This document shows, piece by piece, positions 28,719-36,972 of a stretch of DNA of 37,740 bases. The translations under genes were made by a program, and so were the position numbers. This DNA comes from a virus (Duplodnaviria > Heunggongvirae > Uroviricota > Caudoviricetes): IMG/VR virus record IMGVR_UViG_2778261277_000009, positions 1 through 37,740 of that record. The stretch is one strand, 5' to 3'. Below the pieces are notes generated by a model. That model saw only the letters and a program-made list of their open reading frames with translations. It made no database searches and was not told the origin of the DNA. The stretch's first letter is position 1. Each line of letters starts with the position of its first letter.

Positions 28719-29051
28719 TTAGTTACCGCTGATAGCGCGGTTGTAATCATTAACGTTGCGATTCTTCCTGTTAATCCCCATCAGCATCGTTTCTGTATCA
28801 AGGATATACGCTGGCAGATCATCAAAATATTCACTGCTAAACTCTGGCATCCTGCACATAAACGCACTTTTGGGGGCAGGGTGGTTAACCTTTGTCGGCG
28901 TCGGCGTTAAATTCGCTGATCGACTCCCGGAGCAACCGCTGAGTGTCAGCAGGAATACGCTGGCGAACATTACCCGCCGCAACCAGTTGTTTCTGAACTT
29001 CAGCTTTTCGTTCCATTTGCCTGTCAGCATACTTGGCTTGTTCTGATTCAT
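28719..29051 (-). CDS. outer-membrane lipoprotein, o-spanin-like (Rz1-like; Mlp position)
   Basis: Lipobox LTLSGC, Pro-rich mature part with a second Cys; starts inside the upstream gene in a different frame and extends 166 nt past its stop; AGGAAG SD before the ATG at 29051. Confidence 0.5.
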   Translation of the reverse strand: MNQNKPSMLTGKWNEKLKFRNNWLRRVMFASVFLLTLSGCSGSRSANLTPTPTKVNHPAPKSAFMCRMPEFSSEYFDDLPAYILDTETMLMGINRKNRNVNDYNRAISGN

Positions 29052-29307
29052 TTTTCACTTCCTGGCTGTGAAAATGTTGCTCTGCTTTGTTCATCGTCTC
29101 AATGGTCTGGTTAAGATCCTTTATTGACTTATCACGTTCCTTAACAGCCTGATCAAGACTGCCAATTTTCTCGATGGCTTGCTTTAGCTGATGACGTTCC
29201 CATACAAACCCAGCACCAACAAGTGCGCAAATCAGAACAAGAACACCAGTAGCAGCAAGTTTCTCCTTCAAAGACAAAGCTGTTTTTAACGTAGAAAAGA
29301 ATGACAT
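28885..29307 (-). CDS. type II inner-membrane coiled-coil protein, i-spanin-like (Rz-like; PpfA position)
   Basis: Start chosen at the ATG with an AGGAGG SD (MSFFSTLKTALSLKEKLAATGVLVLICALVGAGF); N-terminal TM helix followed by a charged coiled-coil periplasmic domain. Confidence 0.5.
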   Translation of the reverse strand: MSFFSTLKTALSLKEKLAATGVLVLICALVGAGFVWERHQLKQAIEKIGSLDQAVKERDKSIKDLNQTIETMNKAEQHFHSQEVKNESEQAKYADRQMERKAEVQKQLVAAGNVRQRIPADTQRLLRESISEFNADADKG

Positions 29308-29346
29308 GTCTTCCTCCTGAAGAAAAATTATCAATGAAGTCCTTTG

Positions 29347-30135
29347 TTACTGTGCCGCTTTGTTTAATTCATCAAGAACAGAATCAGGAACCAAAGCGGC
29401 AACTGCGCTGGCTGTGCTGGCCTTATTTGCTGATGCTTCCGCAAGCGCGGTACCGATAGCATGGTTATAAGCAGTTATGGCTACGTTGGCGCTTTCATTC
29501 GCTCGTTCATACTGCTGTTGTAACGCAGTTGTGGGCGCTGTTGTCTGGTTGAAAACAACCCCAAACTGTTCAGTTGCTACTTTCAGAGATTCAATTTGCT
29601 CTTCTGTTAGTGTTGGTGGGGGAGTGGCAGTGCCGCCGCCTGAACCAGAGCCTGACGAGCTTACTGAGCCAGTGTTAAGGGTCTGGTTAATCTCCCCCAT
29701 AGCAGCGACTAAACTTGATGTATTAAGCGCGTTAACAGCGTCCTCAAGCGATTTAGTAATATTCACATCACCAATGGCAATAGAGATCGGCAGTTCTGAA
29801 ACTTCTCGCTCATTAGCACGGCAGTAAACATCCCAACCAATATCGAGTTGAAGCAGCATTGACAGATCTGCATAACCAGCCAACAGGTCCGCGTGCTTAG
29901 TTGCCAGTTCTCCAATGTTCGTTAAGCCGGTTGTAGTTGTTCTGATCGTTGAAACATAACTGGTAATAGTGTCGGGATAGACAATTGTATCCAGAATTAA
30001 TCCGGTCAATTCTTCTGCAAGCAGTTTTGCTGTGTTAGCACTGTTTCGTGCCGATGTTATGGCACCAGGTGTTTTCATCCCACCAGCGGCGGCCAATTTT
30101 TTATATGCGGATAACTGGTAGTCTTTTTCCAGCAT
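29347..30135 (-). CDS. hypothetical protein (UpfB position)
   Basis: Start at the ATG with an AGGAGA SD (MLEKDYQLSAYKK); Ser/Thr/Gly-rich C-terminal half. Confidence 0.5.
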   Translation of the reverse strand: MLEKDYQLSAYKKLAAAGGMKTPGAITSARNSANTAKLLAEELTGLILDTIVYPDTITSYVSTIRTTTTGLTNIGELATKHADLLAGYADLSMLLQLDIGWDVYCRANEREVSELPISIAIGDVNITKSLEDAVNALNTSSLVAAMGEINQTLNTGSVSSSGSGSGGGTATPPPTLTEEQIESLKVATEQFGVVFNQTTAPTTALQQQYERANESANVAITAYNHAIGTALAEASANKASTASAVAALVPDSVLDELNKAAQ

Positions 30136-30143
30136 GATATCTC

Positions 30144-30428
30144 CTAACTTACCTGAACCAGGCCGTCTCCGGACGCTACGGTAGATCCGCATGAAACAGG
30201 GTCACCAACGCATACGATCCCTTTACCATTGACGGTAAACCATGCCCTGGTTGATATAGCTTGCCCACCGTGCGTACTGTTTCCATCGGTATGCTGTGCA
30301 TATTGCTTACCATCAACTAACACTTCGACTCCGTTGACTTTAAGTAGTGGTTCACTCTCTACAGGAGGCCTGGATGGGAATCCTCCGTGCCCCGAACAAA
30401 TGCTGTCTTTTGTTGCAATACTTGCCAC
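30144..30428 (-). CDS. small Gly/Cys-rich protein with PAAR-like repeats (tentative), GTG start
   Basis: 94 aa with CSGHGG, STHGGQ and DPVSCGST motifs, reminiscent of PAAR spike-tip proteins; the first codon is GTG with GGTGA upstream. Confidence 0.4.
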   Translation of the reverse strand: MASIATKDSICSGHGGFPSRPPVESEPLLKVNGVEVLVDGKQYAQHTDGNSTHGGQAISTRAWFTVNGKGIVCVGDPVSCGSTVASGDGLVQVS

Positions 30429-30509
30429 GTCATCACCAATTATTTGCTCTGATTTTCGTTATTTTAACTCAGGTTGTTTGTGGTCTACATGGCGTTTACC
30501 TATTATAAA

Positions 30510-30526
30510 ATTGCTCTAATAAATAT
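30510..30526 (+). promoter_or_regulatory. C1 operator in front of the uhr-hrdC-dmt operon
   Basis: ATTGCTCTAATAAATAT, 16/17 to consensus, about 70 nt upstream of the first ATG that has an SD. Confidence 0.7.
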
Positions 30527-30597
30527 TGTTTTTTATGTCGTATTTTCGGTACCATTCAGCCATCGCCCTTCAATGGGCATTTGTTTGGAGTCGTCAG

Positions 30598-30882
30598 ATG
30601 CAGATGGAGCTAATAAGCCGCAAAGAGTTCGATAGCCGTGTAACCAGCGGTGAACTCGACAACTTGCAGGCTATCAAGGTGAAAGAAGGCTTTTGCCTCA
30701 TTGGGAATCAGAGCGGAACAAATCGCGTTTTTATGCTTCGCCGTACGGATTTGAAGCCATTTGTCTGGAAGAACGAAATTGGTCCCAGCTCATACGCTCA
30801 AACGAGGGGGGGCCACAACCTGGCCTTTTTCTACAAAGACGAGCTTTCTGTGGTTGATATTCAAGGGTTACAACATGTTTAA
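30598..30882 (+). CDS. small protein upstream of the rdgC homolog (Uhr-like)
   Basis: ATG at 30598 with GGAG 8 nt upstream; 94 aa; its stop overlaps the next gene's start. Confidence 0.5.
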   Translation: MQMELISRKEFDSRVTSGELDNLQAIKVKEGFCLIGNQSGTNRVFMLRRTDLKPFVWKNEIGPSSYAQTRGGHNLAFFYKDELSVVDIQGLQHV

Positions 30883-31780
30883 GCACTGGAAAAACATTAC
30901 TATTTATAAACTTTCTCGTGAGGCGGATCTGACCGACTTAGAAGATAAAAAGAAAATGATCCTTTTCACGCCATGCGGTAGTCAGGATATGGCCAAGTTC
31001 GGTTTTGTATCTCCATTTGGTGATAATTCCGAAGTTATCGCTATGCATGGAAATGGTTTTATCCTTGTTGAAGCAAAGCGCGAAACAAAAATTCTTCCCC
31101 CGCCGGTTATCCAGCGAGCTATTCAAGAAAAAATTGAAAAACTTGAGCAAGAACAAGCGCGTAAACTGAAGAAAACAGAGAAGGACTCCCTGAAAGACGA
31201 AGTTCTGCATTCTCTTCTGCCACGAGCTTTTTCAAAGTTTTCTGTTATCCAGGCGATCTACGACGGTTCAACTAAACGTATCTATATCAATGCCAGCGCG
31301 CGGCAGGCAGAGGATATGCTCGCGCTTATGCGTAAGTCTCTGGGTTCTCTTCCTGTTGTTCCCCTGAGTGTTGAAAATCCCATTGAATTAACGCTGACCG
31401 ACTGGGTACGTGATGCTCGTGCTCCACAGGGATTTCAAATGGGGGATGCGGCAGAACTTAAGGCAGTGCTTGAGGATGGCGGTATCGCCCGAGTGAAAAA
31501 GCAGGATTTGGGAAGCGATGAAATTTCCACACACCTGGAAGCTGGCAAGCTCGTCACAAAGTTGGCACTCGACTGGCAGAACCGCATTAAATTTACACTG
31601 GACCATAACTTCAGCCTTACCAGCGTCAAATTTGCGGATGAATTGCTTGAGCAGAACTCTGATATTGATAGTGAAGATGTAGCGCAGCGACTGGACGCAG
31701 ATTTCTTCCTGTTAACCAGTGAAATTTCGTGCCTGGTTGATGCTCTGGTAAATGCCCTGGGCGGAGAGGCTAAGCAGTGA
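30875..31780 (+). CDS. hrdC: RdgC-family recombination-associated protein
   Basis: 301 aa; N-terminus [16 protein letters not shown]...[15 protein letters not shown] and ...[28 protein letters not shown] match the E. coli RdgC pattern as recalled from memory. Confidence 0.85.
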   Translation: MFKHWKNITIYKLSREADLTDLEDKKKMILFTPCGSQDMAKFGFVSPFGDNSEVIAMHGNGFILVEAKRETKILPPPVIQRAIQEKIEKLEQEQARKLKKTEKDSLKDEVLHSLLPRAFSKFSVIQAIYDGSTKRIYINASARQAEDMLALMRKSLGSLPVVPLSVENPIELTLTDWVRDARAPQGFQMGDAAELKAVLEDGGIARVKKQDLGSDEISTHLEAGKLVTKLALDWQNRIKFTLDHNFSLTSVKFADELLEQNSDIDSEDVAQRLDADFFLLTSEISCLVDALVNALGGEAKQ

Positions 31781-33795
31781 GAGAGCTGTGCTATGGATCT
31801 GTTTGCAGTGGAATTGAAGCCGCGAGCATTGCCTGGGAACCGTTGGGTATGCGTCCGGCGTGGTTTGCTGAGATCGAGCCTTTTCCATCTGCCGTTCTTG
31901 CGCACCGCTGGCCCCATGTCGCCAACCTTGGCGACATGACAAAACTCGCCCAAAAAGTCCAGGCAGGAGAAATTGAAGCCCCTGATATGCTCGTCGGGGG
32001 TACGCCTTGTCAGGCATTCAGTATCGCGGGCTTACGTGGTGGGCTTGATGATGAGCGCGGCGCGCTAACTTTGAAGTATGTGGAGCTTGCAAATGCAATT
32101 GACGACAAACGGGCTGAGTCCTTCCTCAAACCAGCAGTTATCGTCTGGGAAAATGTCCCAGGAGTCCTGTCATCAGCAGATAACGCGTTCGGATGTTTCC
32201 TTGCCGGATTGGCTGGAGAAGATGCGCCATTCGAACCTGGTGATCGACCTGAATCACGAAAAAGTAATACGTTCTGGCGGTGGGATGTCAAAACCGGTTG
32301 CCATGCTCCAAAGTGGCCGCAGTGTGGTTGTATTTATGGACCGCAGCGAAAAGTGGCCTGGAGAATCCTTGATGCCCAATACTTCGGAGTGGCACAACGA
32401 CGCCGACGCGTGTTTGTTGTCGCAAGTGCTCGAACAGACCTCGATCCCGCAACGGTACTTTTTGAGTTCGAAGGCGTGCGCCGGAATATTGCGCCGAGCA
32501 GAGGCGAGGGGAAGGAAACTACCAGATATACTTCAAACATCGCTATCAGAACTTGCGATGATACAAACATAATTGCCATGGCACATGGGCAAGGAGGGGC
32601 TGAGATAAAAACCGATAATTCGGCACCAACTTTGACATGTAACCATGAAGCACCAATTGTATTGCTCGGCGACGGTAGAATGCGCCGTCTTACCCCTGTC
32701 GAATGTGAAAGGCTGCAAGGTTTTCCTGATGGGCATACGTTGATCCCGACGGAAAAGCGTAAAAAAGTTAATTCAGATGAACTGGCATATCTTCGCAATC
32801 ACTATCCAGATTTAAGCGAAGAAGAGGCCGCGATGCTTGCAGCTGACGGACCGCGTTACAAAGCGATCGGCAATAGTATGGCAATACCAGTAATGTGCTG
32901 GATTGGAGATCGGATTACTAAGGCCGTATGTCGGCAGAAAGAAGGAAGTGAAACAAAAGAGCGAAAAGTTAAACCAGCGGCAGAATTCGAACGGTCCATA
33001 TTCAAATGGGCTGGTGGAAAATTTGGTGTTCTGGAACAAATCTTTCACTATTTGCCAGAAGGGAAGCGCCTGATTGAACCTTTCGTTGGTGGCGGAGCTG
33101 TCTTCATGAATGCCGGATACCAGGAAAATCTGCTAAATGATGTGAATGCTGACCTGATTAACTTTTACAAGACTCTGCAACGCGAGGCGCATTCACTTAT
33201 CACTCTGGCACATCGTTTCTTCCTGGACTACAACACCCAGGAGGGATTCCTGGCAGTACGGAATGCGTTTAACAAACAAGTCTATGATGATTTACATCGC
33301 GCAGCGGCGTTTTTGTTCCTGAACCGACATTGTTTTAATGGATTGACGCGCTACAACCAGGCCGGTGAGTTCAATGTCGGTTATGGGAAGTATAAAACTC
33401 CGTATTTCCCATTACAGGAGATGGAAGCCTTCCTCGGTGCGGAAGGGCGGTCTGAGTTTGTATGCGGTGATTTTGCAGCAGTGATTGAAGCTGCCGGAGA
33501 AGGAGATGTCATCTTTTGCGATCCGCCGTATGAACCGCTCCCCAATACAGAGGGGTTTACGAACTATTCCGGTCATGACTTTAAGTTTGAAGAGCAAAAA
33601 CGCCTGGTGTCTCTGTTGACGGATGCTCATCGCCGAGGTGCAAAGGTACTCATTACTAACAGTGGCGCGCCAAACGTCAGAGAACTTTATCAGGACAGTG
33701 GCTTCAGAGTGGAACCTCTCTTTGCCAGACGTTCTGTGTCTTGTAAGGGAGACACTCGTGGTGTTGCTCATGACGTTATGGCTATATTGCTCTAA
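31777..33795 (+). CDS. dmt: bifunctional DNA methyltransferase: N-terminal C5-cytosine MTase fused to C-terminal Dam-like N6-adenine MTase
   Basis: GTG start overlapping the rdgC stop; C5-MTase motifs [11 protein letters not shown] (PCQ), ENVPGV (ENV), QRRRVFVVA; C-terminal FKWAGGK and DPPY motifs. Confidence 0.9.
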   Translation: MRELCYGSVCSGIEAASIAWEPLGMRPAWFAEIEPFPSAVLAHRWPHVANLGDMTKLAQKVQAGEIEAPDMLVGGTPCQAFSIAGLRGGLDDERGALTLKYVELANAIDDKRAESFLKPAVIVWENVPGVLSSADNAFGCFLAGLAGEDAPFEPGDRPESRKSNTFWRWDVKTGCHAPKWPQCGCIYGPQRKVAWRILDAQYFGVAQRRRRVFVVASARTDLDPATVLFEFEGVRRNIAPSRGEGKETTRYTSNIAIRTCDDTNIIAMAHGQGGAEIKTDNSAPTLTCNHEAPIVLLGDGRMRRLTPVECERLQGFPDGHTLIPTEKRKKVNSDELAYLRNHYPDLSEEEAAMLAADGPRYKAIGNSMAIPVMCWIGDRITKAVCRQKEGSETKERKVKPAAEFERSIFKWAGGKFGVLEQIFHYLPEGKRLIEPFVGGGAVFMNAGYQENLLNDVNADLINFYKTLQREAHSLITLAHRFFLDYNTQEGFLAVRNAFNKQVYDDLHRAAAFLFLNRHCFNGLTRYNQAGEFNVGYGKYKTPYFPLQEMEAFLGAEGRSEFVCGDFAAVIEAAGEGDVIFCDPPYEPLPNTEGFTNYSGHDFKFEEQKRLVSLLTDAHRRGAKVLITNSGAPNVRELYQDSGFRVEPLFARRSVSCKGDTRGVAHDVMAILL

Positions 33796-33815
33796 TAAAT
33801 TTATTAGTGTAATAT
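33786..33815 (+). promoter_or_regulatory. C1 operator (perfect consensus, Op72-like) overlapping a sigma70-like promoter toward the tRNA/ban region
   Basis: ATTGCTCTAATAAATTT exact (33786-33802), followed by a partial inverted half-site; -35 TTGCTC, 17-nt spacer, -10 TAATAT (33810-33815). Confidence 0.7.
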
Positions 33816-33989
33816 CACCTCAATGAATCGTGATTTATAGAGCGATTTAGCTGTTAGCCGCGACAGGCGCGGCGGCAAGTATGGCGGGGTAGTGACTCCT
33901 TCCCCATCATGACGCCGAGTTGCCAGGTTGACCATACGCCTAAGTGGCAACACCGAAGTGCGTTACGAGCTTCCAGTTTGCCCATCTTC

Positions 33990-34015
33990 GGGTGGGCGTT
34001 TTTTTCAGGGTTTTC
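33990..34015 (+). terminator. strong rho-independent terminator about 190 nt downstream of the operator/promoter
   Basis: GCCCATC-UUCG-GGTGGGC stem with tetraloop followed by G and seven T. Confidence 0.7.
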
Positions 34016-34471
34016 GTCATGGTTAGCGACTTTGCGGCGGTTTAGAAACTGACCATTAAAGTAAATGCAAACGATGATCTGATGATGGTAGCGGCCTAAG
34101 AAGCCAGACGCCACGGGGTATGAGTCGTCCCCCGTCAAAAAATCGACCGCAGAGTGTCCCCGTCTGTGTATTAGGGAACGGGGAGGCACAACAGGTAAGG
34201 GCGCTGGTTCGATTAACCAGATGAGCGAGAAGGGGTCATCTTTTTGGTCAGCGTCCTTACCTGTTACGTCCTTTTTCATTCTGCGTAACAGCAATTGCTT
34301 TTAGCAATTTGAAGATAACGTCCTACTACGGGGGTATCCCGTCATGCTGAAGGCGCTAATCACGCTGGAAGCCAGGGTTGTGCATCCCCTGTTACCGAAT
34401 TGCAGCCAGGGCGCGGTGCGCCGAAAAGCATACGGAGGTGGAAGCCCTCGCCGGAGACGTACCCGGCAAGT

Positions 34472-34547
34472 GATGGTGTAGCTCAGCGGTTAGAGCGGTT
34501 GACTGTTAATCAACGGGTCGATGGTTCAAATCCATCCACCATCGCCA
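34472..34547 (+). tRNA. tRNA-Asn (anticodon GTT)
   Basis: Hand-folded cloverleaf: 7-bp acceptor GATGGTG/CACCATC, D-arm TAGCTCAGCGGTTAGAGC, anticodon loop CTGTTAA, T-loop TTCAAAT, encoded CCA. Confidence 0.85.
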
Positions 34548-34549
34548 AT

Positions 34550-34625
34550 GCCGGTTTAGCTCAGTTGGTAGAGCGCCTGCCTTGTAAGCAGGATGTCAGC
34601 GGTTCGAGTCCGTTAACCGGCACCA
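34550..34625 (+). tRNA. tRNA-Thr (anticodon TGT)
   Basis: Cloverleaf with acceptor GCCGGTT/AACCGGC, anticodon loop CTTGTAA, T-loop TTCGAGT, encoded CCA; starts 2 nt after tRNA-Asn. Confidence 0.85.
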
Positions 34626-35188
34626 GCACAACAGGTAAGGGCATTCTCCCTTATAGGGCTTGGCTTAAATGCATCGAGTGCTCTTACCGTTGTGATGAAG
34701 TGCAGCTCTTTGAAGCAACCAGAAGATAAGCATCTGGCTTCACAACATAAACCGCAGGAACGACCAATAAACGGTAGTCCGTATGGAGAACACCCCGTTG
34801 AGGAAGAGGCCTGGCCGGAACCGTAACCGGCGACTGGTAATGTGTGTAAATGGAGCGAAATATGTGGGCGTTTAACGGGATACGGGTTGTAACAGCGATT
34901 ATTAACGGCGAACTTAAGTATTCACGTTTCGAGACAAATGAACGTGATGGGAAATGTATTGGTGTGCGGTTAGTAAGAGAATACGCATAACAACTACAAC
35001 GTTGAGAACACTGGCGTAACGGGGTCATATCCCAATCTATGAATAAATGTTGCGTTGCAGCGTGACAACCAGTGTTCTCAACATTGTGGTGAATGCACAG
35101 GCTGATGTGCCGCAACTACAGTAGTGCGCGCTTTGCGGGGCTTGCTACAACCCTGTGTCGGAGTTCAGCACCGACCATCACAATCACT

Positions 35189-35275
35189 GGAGAGTAGGGA
35201 GCATGGTGCTCAAACGGTCTTGAAAACCGTCCCATTGCGCAAGCGATGATGGTTCGATTCCATTACTCTCCGCCA
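35189..35275 (+). tRNA. tRNA-like element, class II (long variable arm), anticodon-arm identical in type to tRNA-Ser(UGA); atypical D-arm
   Basis: Perfect 7-bp acceptor GGAGAGT/ACTCTCC plus G and CCA; anticodon stem-loop ACGGT-CTTGAAA-ACCGT; T-arm GATGG-TTCGATT-CCATT; 17-nt variable region; D-arm only 4 bp with a 5-nt loop. Confidence 0.4.
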
Positions 35276-35538
35276 GTGCAACGTTAAGAGTATTTGGCTA
35301 ATTAAGCGAATGCCGGAAGCAGAACCGGATCACCAAATGCGTACAGGCGTCATCGCCGCCCAGCCAGCCAAGTGCTCTTACCATTGCGGTGAATGCGGCT
35401 ATGCGCACGCGGAACAGTTAAAACAATCCTCCTTAGTGGTTAAGTCAAACATCCCGGCGTTAATTGTTAACTGGTTAACGTCACCTGGAGGCACCAGGCA
35501 CCGCAGCTTTTTTATTCGTTAAATAATGGAGTGAGAGG

Positions 35539-35775
35539 ATGCAGAACAATCCGAACAAATGTCGAACGCTATGGGTGCGGTTATATATTTATGCCGTCCT
35601 CTGTTTGATTGTGTCACTGGTTCTGTATGTTTGGCTTTTGCCAAATATGATCTCATCTAACAGCACAATACTTGTATTGTTGGGAGTCCTTTTCGCGCTC
35701 ATTTACCCGGCTTTCGCAGTAGTCTTTTTTCGTGAAAAAACCAGGAAATTAATTAATGAAAAAAACGTTGATTAG
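35539..35775 (+). CDS. upl: small two-helix membrane protein upstream of plp (Upl-like)
   Basis: 78 aa with two hydrophobic helices; GGAG SD; overlaps the plp start. Confidence 0.5.
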   Translation: MQNNPNKCRTLWVRLYIYAVLCLIVSLVLYVWLLPNMISSNSTILVLLGVLFALIYPAFAVVFFREKTRKLINEKNVD

Positions 35776-36583
35776 TGCAGCGATTATTTTGGGTTCTTTA
35801 TGTCTGACCGGATGCGATCGGGTAGAGCCAGGTAACGTAGGGATCAAAGTAAATAAGCTGGGGGATGATAAAGGTATCGGTGAAGTAGTTGGTGTTGGTC
35901 GCTACTGGACAGGCTTGAATACTGAAGTTTATATCTTCCCGACCTTTAAGCAAATGAAGACATACGATGAGCCGTTCAGCTTCCAGATGAGCGACGGAAC
36001 AACCATTGGTTACCACATCGGCGTAGCCTACAAGGTTGATCCAGCAAAAGTCACAACGGTATTTCAGACCTATCGCAAAGGTGTAGATGATATTACTGAT
36101 ACCGATCTACGCCAGAAGGTTGCAGATGCTCTGAACCGGTTAGCCAGCAAAATGACCACCGACAAATTTATCGACGGTGGCAAATCTGAATTGCTTGATG
36201 CAGCCCTTAAAGACATTCAGGAAGAAATGACGCCAATCGGCATTCAGGTGATGAGCCTCTCTTATGTAGGTAAGCCAGAATATCCGCCAACAGTTATTGA
36301 CAGTATTAACGCCAAAGTTACGGCAAACCAAAAAACCCTGCAACGCGAGCAAGAGGTCAAACAACGTGAAGCAGAGGCCAACATGCTGCGCGCGGAAGCT
36401 GCCGGACAGGCTGATGCTATTCGCACAAAAGCCCAGGCCGAAGCTGATGCCATTCGTTTACGTGGTGAAGCTCTGCGCCAGAACCCCGGTGTTATGGAGT
36501 TGGAAGCGATCAACAAATGGAACGGTACATTACCGCAGTATATGACCAGTAATACCGCTGTTCCGTTTGTTCCGGTGAAATAA
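35756..36583 (+). CDS. plp: lipoprotein Plp (SPFH/band-7-like fold candidate)
   Basis: Signal peptide with lipobox LCLTGC; C-terminal Ala/Glu/Gln/Arg-rich coiled coil. Confidence 0.65.
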   Translation: MKKTLISAAIILGSLCLTGCDRVEPGNVGIKVNKLGDDKGIGEVVGVGRYWTGLNTEVYIFPTFKQMKTYDEPFSFQMSDGTTIGYHIGVAYKVDPAKVTTVFQTYRKGVDDITDTDLRQKVADALNRLASKMTTDKFIDGGKSELLDAALKDIQEEMTPIGIQVMSLSYVGKPEYPPTVIDSINAKVTANQKTLQREQEVKQREAEANMLRAEAAGQADAIRTKAQAEADAIRLRGEALRQNPGVMELEAINKWNGTLPQYMTSNTAVPFVPVK

Positions 36584-36610
36584 AAGTGTAAGCAAAATTG
36601 GCAGTAATCC

Positions 36611-36686
36611 GGCCCTTTAGCTCAGTGGTTAGAGCTGGCGACTCATAATCGCACGGTCACCGGTTCAAGTCCGGTAGGGGCCACCA
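36611..36686 (+). tRNA. tRNA with anticodon CAT (Ile2/lysidine-type or Met)
   Basis: Acceptor GGCCCTT/AGGGGCC, D-arm TAGCTCAGTGGTTAGAGC, anticodon loop CTCATAA, T-loop TTCAAGT, encoded CCA. Confidence 0.8.
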
Positions 36687-36972
36687 CATTTGGTTGTAAC
36701 ACGGCGTCTGGCACATGCGTCGTTAGCGGTCTGGTGACGTTAAAAGGGGGGAACCTTGCCCCTAGCTCAGGCAACGAACCAGGTAGCCGGAATGTGCAAG
36801 CCACCGTTTGTTGTTTTTCGGGTAAAGGGATTCACCATCCTGGCGATTCGGTGTGACAGCCGGGAAGAGTCCGGCGCATTAATCCTGATTTTCTGGTGAT
36901 GACTCATATCGTTAGGAGTGATTTGAGTATGCCGATTATATCTGACATTCAGCACACCAGGATGGAGTGTTA

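Noticed and set aside
33854-34294. 146-aa minus-strand ORF between dmt and the tRNA genes
   Set aside because: No SD, Arg/His/Cys-rich junk-like translation, overlaps the predicted promoter-terminator transcript on the other strand; treated as non-coding.
34400-35115. ORFs 34400-34729 (+) and 34684-35115 (-)
   Set aside because: The first runs straight through tRNA-Asn and tRNA-Thr; the second covers the repeat/hairpin region and has an implausible composition.
35310-35522. 70-aa plus-strand ORF upstream of upl
   Set aside because: Contains one of the 29-bp repeats, has no SD and a Cys/His-rich low-complexity translation; more likely part of the non-coding repeat region.
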